Origin: Pseudomonadales bacterium
Lineage (GTDB): Bacteria > Pseudomonadota > Gammaproteobacteria > Pseudomonadales > UBA7434
Length of the DNA: 64,000 nt
Assembly (NCBI GenBank): GCA_965659815.1
Contig: CBFHXO010000002.1
Coordinates: 794 to 64,793, forward strand
Direction: 5' to 3'
Below the pieces are notes generated by a model. The model had not been told where the DNA came from, did not search any database, and saw only the letters and a program-made list of their open reading frames with translations. How positions within the stretch are numbered: position 1 is the first letter of the stretch; every line of letters starts with the position of its first letter. Positions 1 to 9,233 of the stretch are shown here, piece by piece. A program made the position numbers and the translations under genes.

Positions 1-126
1 GCAGCAGGTATGCGCGAGATGGCTGAACCCGAAGATATCGCCGCAGTGATTTGCTTTGTCGCTTCCGATGACGCTAAATCAGTGCACGGCGCTATTTATA
101 TGGCCGATAACGGCAAAACGACTTAA
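1..126 (+). CDS. Short-chain dehydrogenase/reductase, C-terminal fragment (5' end outside window)
   Basis: Frame 1 is open from the window edge to TAA at 124-126. The tail ...MAEPEDIAAVICFVASDDAKSVHGAIYMADNGKTT is a typical classical SDR C-terminus. Confidence 0.6.
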   Translation, partial: AAGMREMAEPEDIAAVICFVASDDAKSVHGAIYMADNGKTT

Positions 127-143
127 CGCTGATTTAACTAAGC

Positions 144-806
144 CTACTGCAACGACTTAAGCGCCTTATTAATCGCATAGTCAAAGAAGCTGTCAAAATC
201 AATGGACCAATTTTGCTTTGCACTGGTTGTGGGCCAATGGTCACAAACCTCTTCAGGCAAATAGTCAGTAATCGTTGCCGCAAATGCGCGGTTTTGTAAC
301 CGCGGTGTTTGCCTGGCCATCGCCTCACTTTCGGCAATCGATGTGATTAGATGCAGCAAGGTTTGGGTGGCGTAGAGTAATTCGGTGTCGCGTAAGCCAC
401 GCTCAAAAAATAAGGTCGCAATTAATCCATTGGCGCGAGAATAAAATGGCGTTGCACGCGGCGATGCCTGGCCGTGAATACCCAACTCGGGGTGCCGGGT
501 AATACGCTGGCGAATCGTATTGGCCAGCGTTAAAAAACGTTCGCGCCAATCGCCCTTGTCGGGCAACTCCAGGTCCAACGATTGCGAAACAATCTGGCCA
601 ATTTCGGCCAGTAATGTTTCCTTGTTTTTAAAATGTCGATACAGCGCCGCTACATCAACCTCAAACAGCCCGGCAATTTTACGCATCGACAAAGCTTCCT
701 GCCCCTCACTGCGAATAATATCAATCGCCGCATTGGCAATTTTTTCGCGGGTGAGCGGCTTGCTGTAGCGGCTGCTATCAATGACTTTTTTTCTCGCCGT
801 CGCCAT
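144..806 (-). CDS. TetR/AcrR family transcriptional regulator
   Basis: 220 aa. The N-terminal HTH (REKIANAAIDIIRSEGQEALSMRKIAGLFEVDVAALYRHFKNKETLL) is a canonical TetR_N signature. Confidence 0.9.
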   Translation of the reverse strand: MATARKKVIDSSRYSKPLTREKIANAAIDIIRSEGQEALSMRKIAGLFEVDVAALYRHFKNKETLLAEIGQIVSQSLDLELPDKGDWRERFLTLANTIRQRITRHPELGIHGQASPRATPFYSRANGLIATLFFERGLRDTELLYATQTLLHLITSIAESEAMARQTPRLQNRAFAATITDYLPEEVCDHWPTTSAKQNWSIDFDSFFDYAINKALKSLQ

Positions 807-856
807 ATCTTTTTTTACTCAGCTGCGATAGATTGAGATTGCCAGCTTGTAAATGC

Positions 857-1354
857 TTAACTGTATTTTTTGTTCCAGCGCGAACGCAACAGCGAGCCCT
901 CGGTGCGGGGTTGCAGGTCTTCAAAAATGCGTTCGTAACCCGTGTGCTGAATTTGCCACTGCCCGTCGACTTTAATGTACTTGTCAAAATACACGCCGGT
1001 GCCATGCATAACGGTGCCATTCGGCGCCCAGTCGCTGGCAATTCGGGTAATAACAAAGTCTTCAAGGTACCAGGTGCCGGTAGCGGTTGATTCACCTGTT
1101 AGCTCAATTTCAGGAGTATGAGCGTGATGCATAGAGACAATATCGGTGCTGCCCAGCCCCTTTGGGTTTGATAAGAATTCAACAATAGCATCGCGGCCTT
1201 CGTAGCTGTGTTTGCCATCACTGTATACGCTTACCGCATCCTCCGCCAATACACTGCGCATTAAGTCCCAGTCTTTGGTATCAACCGCACGCTGATAGCG
1301 CGCCTTTAACTTTTTAATGGCTTCGATTTCCAGTAATTGTTCAACGTCGCTCAT
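857..1354 (-). CDS. NTF2-like (SnoaL_4 / BaiE-like) family protein
   Basis: 165 aa. The opening IEAIKKLKARYQRAVDTKDWDLMRSVLAEDA is typical of SnoaL-like NTF2-fold proteins. Tightly linked to the upstream SDR. Confidence 0.75.
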   Translation of the reverse strand: MSDVEQLLEIEAIKKLKARYQRAVDTKDWDLMRSVLAEDAVSVYSDGKHSYEGRDAIVEFLSNPKGLGSTDIVSMHHAHTPEIELTGESTATGTWYLEDFVITRIASDWAPNGTVMHGTGVYFDKYIKVDGQWQIQHTGYERIFEDLQPRTEGSLLRSRWNKKYS

Positions 1355-1404
1355 GTGTGTACTCCAAAAAAAATAACTTTAATATGTTTTATATCAGTCG
1401 TTGT

Positions 1405-2187
1405 TTACAGCTTCATAAACTGGCCGCCGTCAACACGAACAAACTGCCCGGTTAGCATGCGCAGCCGCTCACTCATAAACATGACGACGGTTTCTGCGAC
1501 ATCATCGTCAGCGGGAATTTCTCCCAGTGGGAATAAAGCCTCAAGCTCTGCTTTGACTTCTTGTTCAGAGACACCGCGTTTACCCGCTTGCCACTTAATA
1601 TATCCTTGTACCGGTGGCCCCCACATCCAGGTAGGTATAACCGTGTTAACACGTATTTTTTTAGGCCCCAATTCTGTTGCTAACGCGATTGCGACAGCGC
1701 GCAGTGCACCCTTGGATGCGGAATAAGCCAACTGCGGTGAAGGCGGTGGGATCTCTGTCGATTGTGAACCGATAAGTACTACCGAACCGCCGCCTGCGCG
1801 CTCAAATGCAGGTACCGCGGCTTTAACCAGTTGCACAGAGCCTATGACATTGACTTCATTGGCTTTACGAAAATCATCCAATGGTGTTGAAGTAAGATCG
1901 CCCATCGGCTCTGCGGCAGCTACTTGGGCAATACCATCAAGCTTGCCAAAGCGGTTTTCTGCCGCGCTAATAATTTCGGCACAAGATGATTCGTCAGTAA
2001 TATTGAACGCATGTGCCAATACACGCTCACCAGAGGGGTCAAGTTGTTTGGCGATGGTGTCGAGTTTATCCGCTTGCCTTGCGCCAATCACTACTTTGCC
2101 ACCGTCGCGTAGCACCCGTGAAGCAATTTCACTACCTAGCCCCGGCCCTACGCCCGAAACAAGAATGGTCTGGTTATTCAAAATCAT
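1405..2187 (-). CDS. SDR family oxidoreductase
   Basis: 260 aa. Has the Rossmann motif VSGVGPGLG and the catalytic YSASKGAL (YxxxK). Confidence 0.9.
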   Translation of the reverse strand: MILNNQTILVSGVGPGLGSEIASRVLRDGGKVVIGARQADKLDTIAKQLDPSGERVLAHAFNITDESSCAEIISAAENRFGKLDGIAQVAAAEPMGDLTSTPLDDFRKANEVNVIGSVQLVKAAVPAFERAGGGSVVLIGSQSTEIPPPSPQLAYSASKGALRAVAIALATELGPKKIRVNTVIPTWMWGPPVQGYIKWQAGKRGVSEQEVKAELEALFPLGEIPADDDVAETVVMFMSERLRMLTGQFVRVDGGQFMKL

Positions 2188-2263
2188 AATGCTACACCTG
2201 CCGGTTTTTTGCGTTGCTTGTTTACTTGATTGATTGATGGGCAGCTTAGAGGATCATTACAGC

Positions 2264-2282
2264 TAAGTCAACAGTGTTGACT
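2264..2282. promoter_or_regulatory. Candidate TetR-type operator (19-bp palindrome) in a divergent promoter region
   Basis: AAGTCAACA-g-TGTTGACTT has perfect 9-bp arms. It lies in the 204-bp gap between the divergent SDR operon (start 2187) and esterase operon (start 2392). Confidence 0.45.
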
Positions 2283-2391
2283 TGTGAGCGGGCGCGCGGC
2301 ATGATGCAGTCGTCGCCAAAGCTATTGTCGGATTTATTGATTGCCCGATGTGGTTGTGGCTTATTTGTTGCTGTTAATTTGAAGGCTTACT

Positions 2392-3279
2392 ATGGCCAGC
2401 GCCGAGCTAACTGGGTTTTTAAAAAACTTTTCGCAATGCATGATGGATGCAGGCGATGATCTTGAGGTGGTACGCGCCAAAATGGCGTCGATTCATCCCA
2501 ATGATCATGCTGATGATACCGTTGTTGAGCGCGTTGATATTGCCGATGTTCGCTGCGCCTGGGTTTCTACACCGCTTAGCGACCCATCGCGTACGGTGTT
2601 TTTTGTTCACGGTGGTGCGTTTGTTTCAACGGGTATTACTGACTATATGCGCACCGGTGAGTCAGTGGCTAATTACTGCCGCGCCCGTGTGTTAATCCCT
2701 GAATATTCGTTGGCACCTGAGCATCGTTTCCCCTATCAGCTGGAACAAACAATGCATGTTTACGACGCAGTGAAGCTTAATGCATCACGCACTGCGTTTA
2801 TGGGTGACTCATGCGGCGGTGGCATGGCGCTTGCGTTAATGTGTCAATTGCGCGATCGCGGTGACGCTTTGCCCGCTTGCTATGCAGGGTTAACGCCATG
2901 GTTTGATGCGCGTCAGCAAGGCGATGCGGCGCTTAACCCGCGCGGAGTTGATCCATTTTTAAATGCTGCCTGGGTGCGTGCGCGGTTTAACGATTATTGT
3001 GAACCCGAACAGCTGGATAACCCGGCAGTGTCGCCTATTAATGCAAATCTTGCGCAGCTGCCGCCCTTGTATTTGGGGGTTGGCACTATTGATACCACAT
3101 CCGATGATTCCACCCGACTTGCCCATCGTGCGGCGCAAGCAGGCGTACAGGTGTTGCTGGATATCAACGCCCGTTTAGTTCATGGCATGCACGGCTTGTC
3201 GGGCATGGTGCCGGAGGCGGCTTCGGCAATGACGCGCGTTGGCGATTTTGTGCAAAGTTGGATTCCCGATATCCGGTAA
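2392..3279 (+). CDS. Alpha/beta hydrolase, hormone-sensitive-lipase-like esterase
   Basis: 295 aa. Has the oxyanion-hole motif HGGAF and the nucleophile elbow GDSCGG (GDSAGG type). Confidence 0.85.
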   Translation: MASAELTGFLKNFSQCMMDAGDDLEVVRAKMASIHPNDHADDTVVERVDIADVRCAWVSTPLSDPSRTVFFVHGGAFVSTGITDYMRTGESVANYCRARVLIPEYSLAPEHRFPYQLEQTMHVYDAVKLNASRTAFMGDSCGGGMALALMCQLRDRGDALPACYAGLTPWFDARQQGDAALNPRGVDPFLNAAWVRARFNDYCEPEQLDNPAVSPINANLAQLPPLYLGVGTIDTTSDDSTRLAHRAAQAGVQVLLDINARLVHGMHGLSGMVPEAASAMTRVGDFVQSWIPDIR

Positions 3280-3334
3280 CTGGTATTGCACAAAATCTGG
3301 CGCGTCGCGTAAAAACAACTACGGAGTAAACTGT

Positions 3335-4720
3335 ATGAGTAATGATCCCAACAATGCTAAACAGGCCTTACGCGAAGCCTTTGACTCGCTAATTACCAAC
3401 CTGCAAGCGGCGCGCGATATTATTGATTCACCCGATCATTTTGCGCCGCCAGCCACCGAGCGAAATCTTGCCGAAGGTTATCGCTACCTGTCGGGTTTTA
3501 TGCATCATGCCATTGAGCGCTGTTTTCACGATGACCCTGACTTTCCTGCGTTTCGCAACGCGCTTTCAGTCTTTAATAAGTCGACAATAGAAAATTCCGA
3601 CGCAATCTATTTTTATACTTCAATCGACGGCCGTAAAAACTATCGCGTTACCGGCAAGGTGGGTGACTGTGGGCATTGGCAAGGTAAGCCGCGCAGTGGC
3701 GAGGGCCCGTTTGCACCGCAATACCTGATTTTTGAAGTGGCCACCGGACCTATGTCTGGTGATAGCGGTGACTTGCGCGAGTTGACACCCGGGTTTCGCA
3801 CCGGTTTTGGCACATTAGATTCATCCGATATACAGGTTGCCGACGACGGTAGCTTTGAAATACTGCTAGGCCCGCAAAAACCCGCAGGCTTTACCGGGCA
3901 TTTTATTTGCACCCGTAAACCGCCTTCAAAACGTAACCCCGACGGTGATGATCGCTACGCGGAGTTTATCAGCGGCAGGCAGTTGTTTTATGATTGGGAA
4001 CACGAAGAAGCCATTCATATTGAAATTGAATGCATAGACACGGCAGGTTCGCACCCCGCACCGTTAACGCCCGAAAAAGTCGCTGCTAACTTGCGCAATA
4101 TGGGCGGCATTATTTATGGCCAAATGAAATTCTGGCTGGAGTTTTACGATGTGGTGCTTAACTGTAATCAAACCCATAAAGATGATGGCCGACCCTACTT
4201 TATGCCGGTAAATGGTTACAACAAGCCGAATGCGGCTTCGGGCGATACCGGCGGCGGCATGAGTACCAATATTTATGCCGGTGGTATTTACGACCTGGCC
4301 GAAGACGAGGCCTTATATATTGAGGCGACATTTACCGGTAACCCGGTGTATACCAGTATGCACTTGGGCAATTTATGGGGTGAATCGCCCGACTACGCCA
4401 ACCACCAAAGCAGTTTGAACTTATCGCAAATGCATATTGGCGCTGATGGTAAGCAGCGCTGGGTGGTGTCGCATCGCGACCCCGGTGTTCAAAACTGGGT
4501 TGATACTACTGGTTTACCCAGTGGTTACCTAAGTCACCGCTGGGCATACTCTGAGCTGCCGCCAAAAAGTGAGTGGCCCACTATTAGCTGTAAAGTCATG
4601 CCGGTTGATCAAGTCGCTGATGCATTTCCCGATGACCAGCCCAGAGTTAACCCGGAGCAGCGCCAAGCGGTGATTCGCAAGCGGCAGCAGCACGTACAAA
4701 AGCGCTATAGGGTCTACTAG
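3335..4720 (+). CDS. Conserved protein of unknown function (possibly DUF1214-like)
   Basis: Long ORF. I prefer the ATG at 3335, which is preceded by ACGGAG, over the 3239 start that overlaps the esterase. No catalytic motif recognised. Operonic with the downstream NTF2-like and flavoprotein genes. Confidence 0.65.
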   Translation: MSNDPNNAKQALREAFDSLITNLQAARDIIDSPDHFAPPATERNLAEGYRYLSGFMHHAIERCFHDDPDFPAFRNALSVFNKSTIENSDAIYFYTSIDGRKNYRVTGKVGDCGHWQGKPRSGEGPFAPQYLIFEVATGPMSGDSGDLRELTPGFRTGFGTLDSSDIQVADDGSFEILLGPQKPAGFTGHFICTRKPPSKRNPDGDDRYAEFISGRQLFYDWEHEEAIHIEIECIDTAGSHPAPLTPEKVAANLRNMGGIIYGQMKFWLEFYDVVLNCNQTHKDDGRPYFMPVNGYNKPNAASGDTGGGMSTNIYAGGIYDLAEDEALYIEATFTGNPVYTSMHLGNLWGESPDYANHQSSLNLSQMHIGADGKQRWVVSHRDPGVQNWVDTTGLPSGYLSHRWAYSELPPKSEWPTISCKVMPVDQVADAFPDDQPRVNPEQRQAVIRKRQQHVQKRYRVY

Positions 4721-4724
4721 TTCT

Positions 4725-5195
4725 ATGCCAGCTTTTCATCGTGAGGAAATAGAACAAGCCCTGGTGTTTATGGATTCGCTGCGTGCTGAGTCATCGAAGA
4801 CCGGTGACTGGACGATTTGGGCGCAGTGTCTAAGCGATGATGTTGAGTTTCGCGATGAAGTGTATGGCAACTTTTATGGCCGGGCTGCGGTGAGTGATTT
4901 TGTTGTCAGGGCGCATGCGCCTTTTCCTCATCTTCGCTATCAGCGCGACTGGACCTTAATTGACGATGTGCTTGGTGAAATCATTATGTATCAGCGCTTA
5001 ACCTTACCCGAGCCGGTGGGCTATCAAGGTCAGCCATTTGCGATTGACGTTTGGTCGCGGCATCGTTACGCAGGCGATAGGTGCTGGAACTTAAAGCACG
5101 ATGTAACGCTTTCAGCTAAACAGTCAACCGAGGTGTTTGCTGCCTGGTTAGCCGCAGGCGGCCAGTTTCAGGCCAGCCCGCTGCCTCAGCCTTAG
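4725..5195 (+). CDS. NTF2-like fold protein (SnoaL-like)
   Basis: 156 aa. Starts 4 nt after the previous stop. The size and the pattern TGDWTIWAQCLSDDVEF...YG fit SnoaL-like domains. Confidence 0.65.
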   Translation: MPAFHREEIEQALVFMDSLRAESSKTGDWTIWAQCLSDDVEFRDEVYGNFYGRAAVSDFVVRAHAPFPHLRYQRDWTLIDDVLGEIIMYQRLTLPEPVGYQGQPFAIDVWSRHRYAGDRCWNLKHDVTLSAKQSTEVFAAWLAAGGQFQASPLPQP

Positions 5196-5206
5196 TAGCC
5201 AAGTGT

Positions 5207-6691
5207 ATGAATGACCAAGCGCAGGGCGTTAAGCCCTACCAACTTATCAATGAGGCTGAGGTTGCACACTGGCATGAAAGCGCGGATGTTATTGTGGTTG
5301 GCTGTGGCGCTGCTGGTTTAAGCGCGGCGATTTCGGCGCGCGAAGCAGGTGCTTCGGTATTGGCCCTGGAGCGGGGCAGTGGCTTAAATGGCACGACCAC
5401 TTTAGCCGGTGGCATGTTGTACCTTGGCGGTGGTACGCGCGTTCAAAAGGCGAATGGTTTTGAAGACAGTACAGAGGCCATGTTTAATTATTTGCTGGCC
5501 AATACGCCTGATCCCGATTATCAAAAAATTCGTTTGTATTGTGAAGAAAGTGTGGCGCACTTCGACTGGCTGGTTGCCCACGATGTGCCCTTTAGTGACG
5601 GCTATTATGCCCGCAAACACCATACGCCTCCCTCAAGCAATTGTCTTAGCTGGTCGGGTAATGAAAAAGCCTGGCCTATTGCCGAGGCTGCCGAGGCGTT
5701 TCCTCGTGGTCATAAGGTCGAGCATGAGTCCGAGGGCGGCGCACTATTAATTGAACGACTCGCCGCCAATGCCGATAAACAAGGCATTGCATTTGTATAC
5801 GACGCTAACGTCACCAATTTAATTGTGGCAAGCAATGGCGACATTATTGGCGTGCGCTATACAGTTTTTGGTGAGCCGCGATTTGCCCAGGCATCAGGCG
5901 GCGTTATTTTGGCGGCGGGCTCGTTCGCAATGAACAAGGCAATGGTTGCCGAGCATTGCCCGGAGCTGGCGCAACGCGGCATTATGCGCCAGGGCAACCC
6001 CAACGATGATGGCGCGGGTATTCGCATGGGCATTGCTGCAGGCGGTCATGCCATTCATATGGAAAAAGCTTTTATTACCGCACCGTTTTATCCACCGGAA
6101 AGTTTAATTAAAGGGATTATGGTCAATAAGCACGGCAAGCGTTTTATTAATGAAGACTGCTACCATGCACGCACCATGGATGCCGCGGTAAAACAGCCCG
6201 ATGGTGTGGTTTACCTGATTTGTGATAATCAAACCTTTGGTCGGCCAGAGCTCGGTATGCAGCAGTTGATTGATGCCTGGGAAACCATTGAAGAAATGGA
6301 GCGCGACTTACAACTTCCTGCAGGCAGCCTGACCAATACCATCGAAAACTATAATCGATGCGCCGTAAGCGGCGAAGATACGCAATTCCACAAAAGCAGT
6401 GAATGGATGACGCCCATTATTGAGCCACCGTTTGCCGCTTTGCAGTGTTCGCTGCGCGAAGCCGTTTATATTGGTTTTGCATTGGGTGGTCTGGATGTTT
6501 CTATCGATGCAGAGCTATTAAGCGCCGATGGTGAGGCGTTAGGCGGCATTTATGCAGTAGGGGCCTGTGCCTCTAATATTGCGCAAGATGGTAAGGGTTA
6601 TTCCAGCGGAACCTGTATTGGTGAGGCCACATTGTTTGGTCGTCGCGCGGGTGAGCATGCCGCTAGCCGCGCTGCTAAACGCAGCAATTAA
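5207..6691 (+). CDS. FAD-dependent oxidoreductase, 3-oxosteroid 1-dehydrogenase / fumarate-reductase flavoprotein family
   Basis: 494 aa. Has the N-terminal dinucleotide motif VVGCGAAGLSAAISAREAGASVLALE and the C-terminal GGIYAVGACA flavin-binding segment. Confidence 0.85.
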   Translation: MNDQAQGVKPYQLINEAEVAHWHESADVIVVGCGAAGLSAAISAREAGASVLALERGSGLNGTTTLAGGMLYLGGGTRVQKANGFEDSTEAMFNYLLANTPDPDYQKIRLYCEESVAHFDWLVAHDVPFSDGYYARKHHTPPSSNCLSWSGNEKAWPIAEAAEAFPRGHKVEHESEGGALLIERLAANADKQGIAFVYDANVTNLIVASNGDIIGVRYTVFGEPRFAQASGGVILAAGSFAMNKAMVAEHCPELAQRGIMRQGNPNDDGAGIRMGIAAGGHAIHMEKAFITAPFYPPESLIKGIMVNKHGKRFINEDCYHARTMDAAVKQPDGVVYLICDNQTFGRPELGMQQLIDAWETIEEMERDLQLPAGSLTNTIENYNRCAVSGEDTQFHKSSEWMTPIIEPPFAALQCSLREAVYIGFALGGLDVSIDAELLSADGEALGGIYAVGACASNIAQDGKGYSSGTCIGEATLFGRRAGEHAASRAAKRSN

Positions 6692-6741
6692 GCAGGCTTT
6701 CAAACCAAAGAACGTTCAAACCCAAAAATTAAAAGTTAAAG

Positions 6742-6969
6742 ATGGTGGTTACCGCTACGACAGTAGACAGTCAATCCAGACCTTATGGGGAGTGGGCCTT
6801 AATTACCGGCGCCTCCGAAGGTATTGGTAAAGGTTTTGCGCGTGCCTGTGCTGCACAAGGTTATAAACTGGTGATGATTGCCAGCCGCGTTGAGCTGTTC
6901 GAGGCTGCCATTACCCGTAATGGTGAAGGTATGAAGCATGGTTTTGCCGGTCAGTTAAGCAACATCTAG
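6742..6969 (+). pseudogene. Truncated SDR remnant (N-terminal Rossmann segment only)
   Basis: The 75-codon ORF contains WALITGASEGIGKGFARACAAQGYKLVMIASR (TGxxxGIG), then diverges and stops. No catalytic S/YxxxK region follows. Confidence 0.6.
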
Positions 6970-7017
6970 CGAGCTTTACAGTAAGCAGGTTTAAGTCAAA
7001 CGATTTTGGAGTTAACT

Positions 7018-7473
7018 ATGATTTTAGGTTTACATCACGCGGCAATTGCAGTGCCATCAATAGAGCAGGCGGTGGCTTTTTACTGCGATGTGCTTGGTTT
7101 TGAAGTAGTTATGGAGGCCGATATCCCTGGCGGTATTGATGTTATGGCGCAGGCGCTGGGTATTAGCGATTCTGAGTTCAAAGTGCGCATGATTAAAAAG
7201 GGTAACTCCTGCATTGAAATGTTTGAGTTTGGGAAAAGTGAGGCGGGTGAAGACGCGCGGCCAGCAAATAAATTAGGCATTACCCATTTTGCGCTGGTAG
7301 CTGATGATATTGAAAGCGACTACAACAATTTGGTTAATCACGGCGTTACATTCAATGCGCCGTTGTTTGGCGCAGCACCGGCGCGTTTTGCTTACGGGCG
7401 AGATCCATTTGGCAATATTTTTGAGTTACTCGAAAATAATCCCGATGCTGCTGATGCTGTAGATTTCTCCTAA
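7018..7473 (+). CDS. VOC (glyoxalase/bleomycin-resistance/dioxygenase) family protein
   Basis: ATG at 7018 with GGAG 7 nt upstream. LGLHHAAIAVPSIEQAVAFYCDVLGFEV is a typical VOC beta-alpha-beta-beta-beta start. Confidence 0.85.
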   Translation: MILGLHHAAIAVPSIEQAVAFYCDVLGFEVVMEADIPGGIDVMAQALGISDSEFKVRMIKKGNSCIEMFEFGKSEAGEDARPANKLGITHFALVADDIESDYNNLVNHGVTFNAPLFGAAPARFAYGRDPFGNIFELLENNPDAADAVDFS

Positions 7474-7493
7474 GTCAGCTGAGCCAATATGAA

Positions 7494-7528
7494 CAGCAAA
7501 CAGCAAACAGTAGACAGTAAATAGTGTA
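7494..7528. repeat. Five degenerate tandem heptads (CAGCAAA CAGCAAA CAGTAGA CAGTAAA TAGTGTA)
   Basis: Read directly from the sequence, immediately upstream of the RBS and ATG of the SDR at 7540. The 11-mer CAGTAGACAGT recurs at 6761-6771. Confidence 0.55.
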
Positions 7529-7539
7529 AAGGAAAAAGT

Positions 7540-8283
7540 ATGAATCAGTTAAAAACCGCATTGGTTACCGGTGCAGGGCAAGGTATGGGCGCCATTGTTG
7601 CCAAGCAGCTGGCGACAAAAGGCATCAGGGTTATTGTCAATGATCTTGATCAGACCAAGGCGCAGGCAGTGGCTACTGATATTGAAGCCAGCGGCGGTCA
7701 GGCCATTGGCTGTGCTTTTGATGTAACCGATCTTACTGCGGTGCGTGCACAACTCGAAGTGTTAGCTGGCGAAAATATCGTCATTGATATTTTGGTTAAT
7801 AACGCCGGTAACGCTGGCGCCAAAGCGGTGAATCAGTCGACTTTTCGGCAATTACCCGCCGAGGAGTGGGATGATTATCTTAAGGTAAATCTCTACGGTG
7901 TATTGAACTGCACCAAAGCGGTTATCGATGGCATGTGCGAGCGAGGTTGGGGTCGGGTAATTACAATTTCTTCTGAGGCCGGGCGCCAGGGCCTGGATGT
8001 CAATGTATCGGTGTATGGTGTTGCTAAAGCCGGCGCTGCGCATTTAATGCGCCATCTGGCGCGCGAAGTCAGTGCCGACGGCGTAACCACCAATGTTATT
8101 TCACTGGGCTTAATGGATAACGTTCCCGAAGAGTTTGCCGATCGCATTATTCGCCAAATTCCGGCGCGGCGTTTAGGTACTGGTTACGATGTTGCCGGTG
8201 CGGTGAATTACCTCGCATCCGATGAAGCCAGCTGGGTCACCGGACAAACACTGGTTGTTAACGGCGGTTCGCTGGCTTGCTAA
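7540..8283 (+). CDS. SDR family oxidoreductase (FabG-like)
   Basis: 247 aa. Has TGAGQGMG, NNAG and YGVAKAG (YxxxK) motifs. Confidence 0.9.
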   Translation: MNQLKTALVTGAGQGMGAIVAKQLATKGIRVIVNDLDQTKAQAVATDIEASGGQAIGCAFDVTDLTAVRAQLEVLAGENIVIDILVNNAGNAGAKAVNQSTFRQLPAEEWDDYLKVNLYGVLNCTKAVIDGMCERGWGRVITISSEAGRQGLDVNVSVYGVAKAGAAHLMRHLAREVSADGVTTNVISLGLMDNVPEEFADRIIRQIPARRLGTGYDVAGAVNYLASDEASWVTGQTLVVNGGSLAC

Positions 8284-8331
8284 AGACTGATCGTTATTTT
8301 TCATGTCGCGTTGAAAATTGGAGCTAGTGTT

Positions 8332-9225
8332 ATGTCAGATAAGCCGGACGTGCGTCTTACGCCCATGCAAGTTTGCTATATTGTCGATGATGTTGCCGCA
8401 ACCGTTGCGTTTTGCGAACAGGTGTTTGGCTGGGGGCCGTTCAATCAATTCACTGCTGAAGTGGATTCTGCCGAGTACCGGGTTTGGCGCGGCGCCAAGC
8501 GTATTGATGTTGCGCTGGGTATGGCAGGTAAGGTGCAAATTGAGTTTATGCATATTCATCAGGGGCAGGACCCGGTCGCTGTGTATCAAAGCCACTACGG
8601 TACAGGCATACAACATTTAGGTATTCATTGCGGCGATCGGGAGCTGGGTATTGCCTATCTTGAGCAGCGTGGTGCGGTGGTCAATGAGGTTAATGAGTTT
8701 CCTGGTATTCGCTTTGCATTTATGGATGTACTCACCGGTGATGCAATGTTTGAGCTGGTGAGTCCTACCCAGGAATTTGAGCATAGTGTGGTTTCAGACA
8801 ACGCGAATACTGAAGATAAAGAGAAACAAATCAAACTACAATGCGCGGTTGATCGGGTAAGTATTGCGGCCGAGTCTATCGATAAAGCCGTTGAGTTTTA
8901 TGCGTCAGTGTTCCACTGGCAAAACCCTGTCATAGAAAATGCAGTGCTTGATATTGAGGGCGAGAAATTTAATGCAAAACGTGCGCGCAATCGCGCTGGA
9001 CTGTTAGAGATAGAGCTGATTGAGCCCGAAATAAATAGCAGCTGCCCGTATCGACAACATTTGCAACGCGGCGGTCACGGCATCGTGCATGCCAGTTGTG
9101 CGGCAAATGATTTTGATACCACTCGTTTGGTGCATGGCGTATCCGGTCGCTGGTTAGATACCGAAGAGTCATTTAGCTTGCATTCGTGGCAGGGCGGCCC
9201 CTGTTCATTACAGCTAAGGCACTAG
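8332..9225 (+). CDS. Two-domain VOC family protein
   Basis: ATG at 8332 follows GGAG. Two glyoxalase-like halves are present: VCYIVDDVAATVAFCEQVFGW and VSIAAESIDKAVEFYASVFHW. Confidence 0.8.
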   Translation: MSDKPDVRLTPMQVCYIVDDVAATVAFCEQVFGWGPFNQFTAEVDSAEYRVWRGAKRIDVALGMAGKVQIEFMHIHQGQDPVAVYQSHYGTGIQHLGIHCGDRELGIAYLEQRGAVVNEVNEFPGIRFAFMDVLTGDAMFELVSPTQEFEHSVVSDNANTEDKEKQIKLQCAVDRVSIAAESIDKAVEFYASVFHWQNPVIENAVLDIEGEKFNAKRARNRAGLLEIELIEPEINSSCPYRQHLQRGGHGIVHASCAANDFDTTRLVHGVSGRWLDTEESFSLHSWQGGPCSLQLRH

Positions 9226-9233
9226 TTTTGCTA

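Noticed and set aside
3239-3334. N-terminal extensions offered by the ORF track: 3239 for the 461-aa protein, 27029 for hsp20, 18130 for doxX, 14544 for orn, 34635 for algQ and 16232 for FAH.
   Set aside because: Each extension overlaps the upstream gene or promoter, lacks an SD and encodes atypical sequence. The internal ATGs align with known N-termini and have better RBS context.
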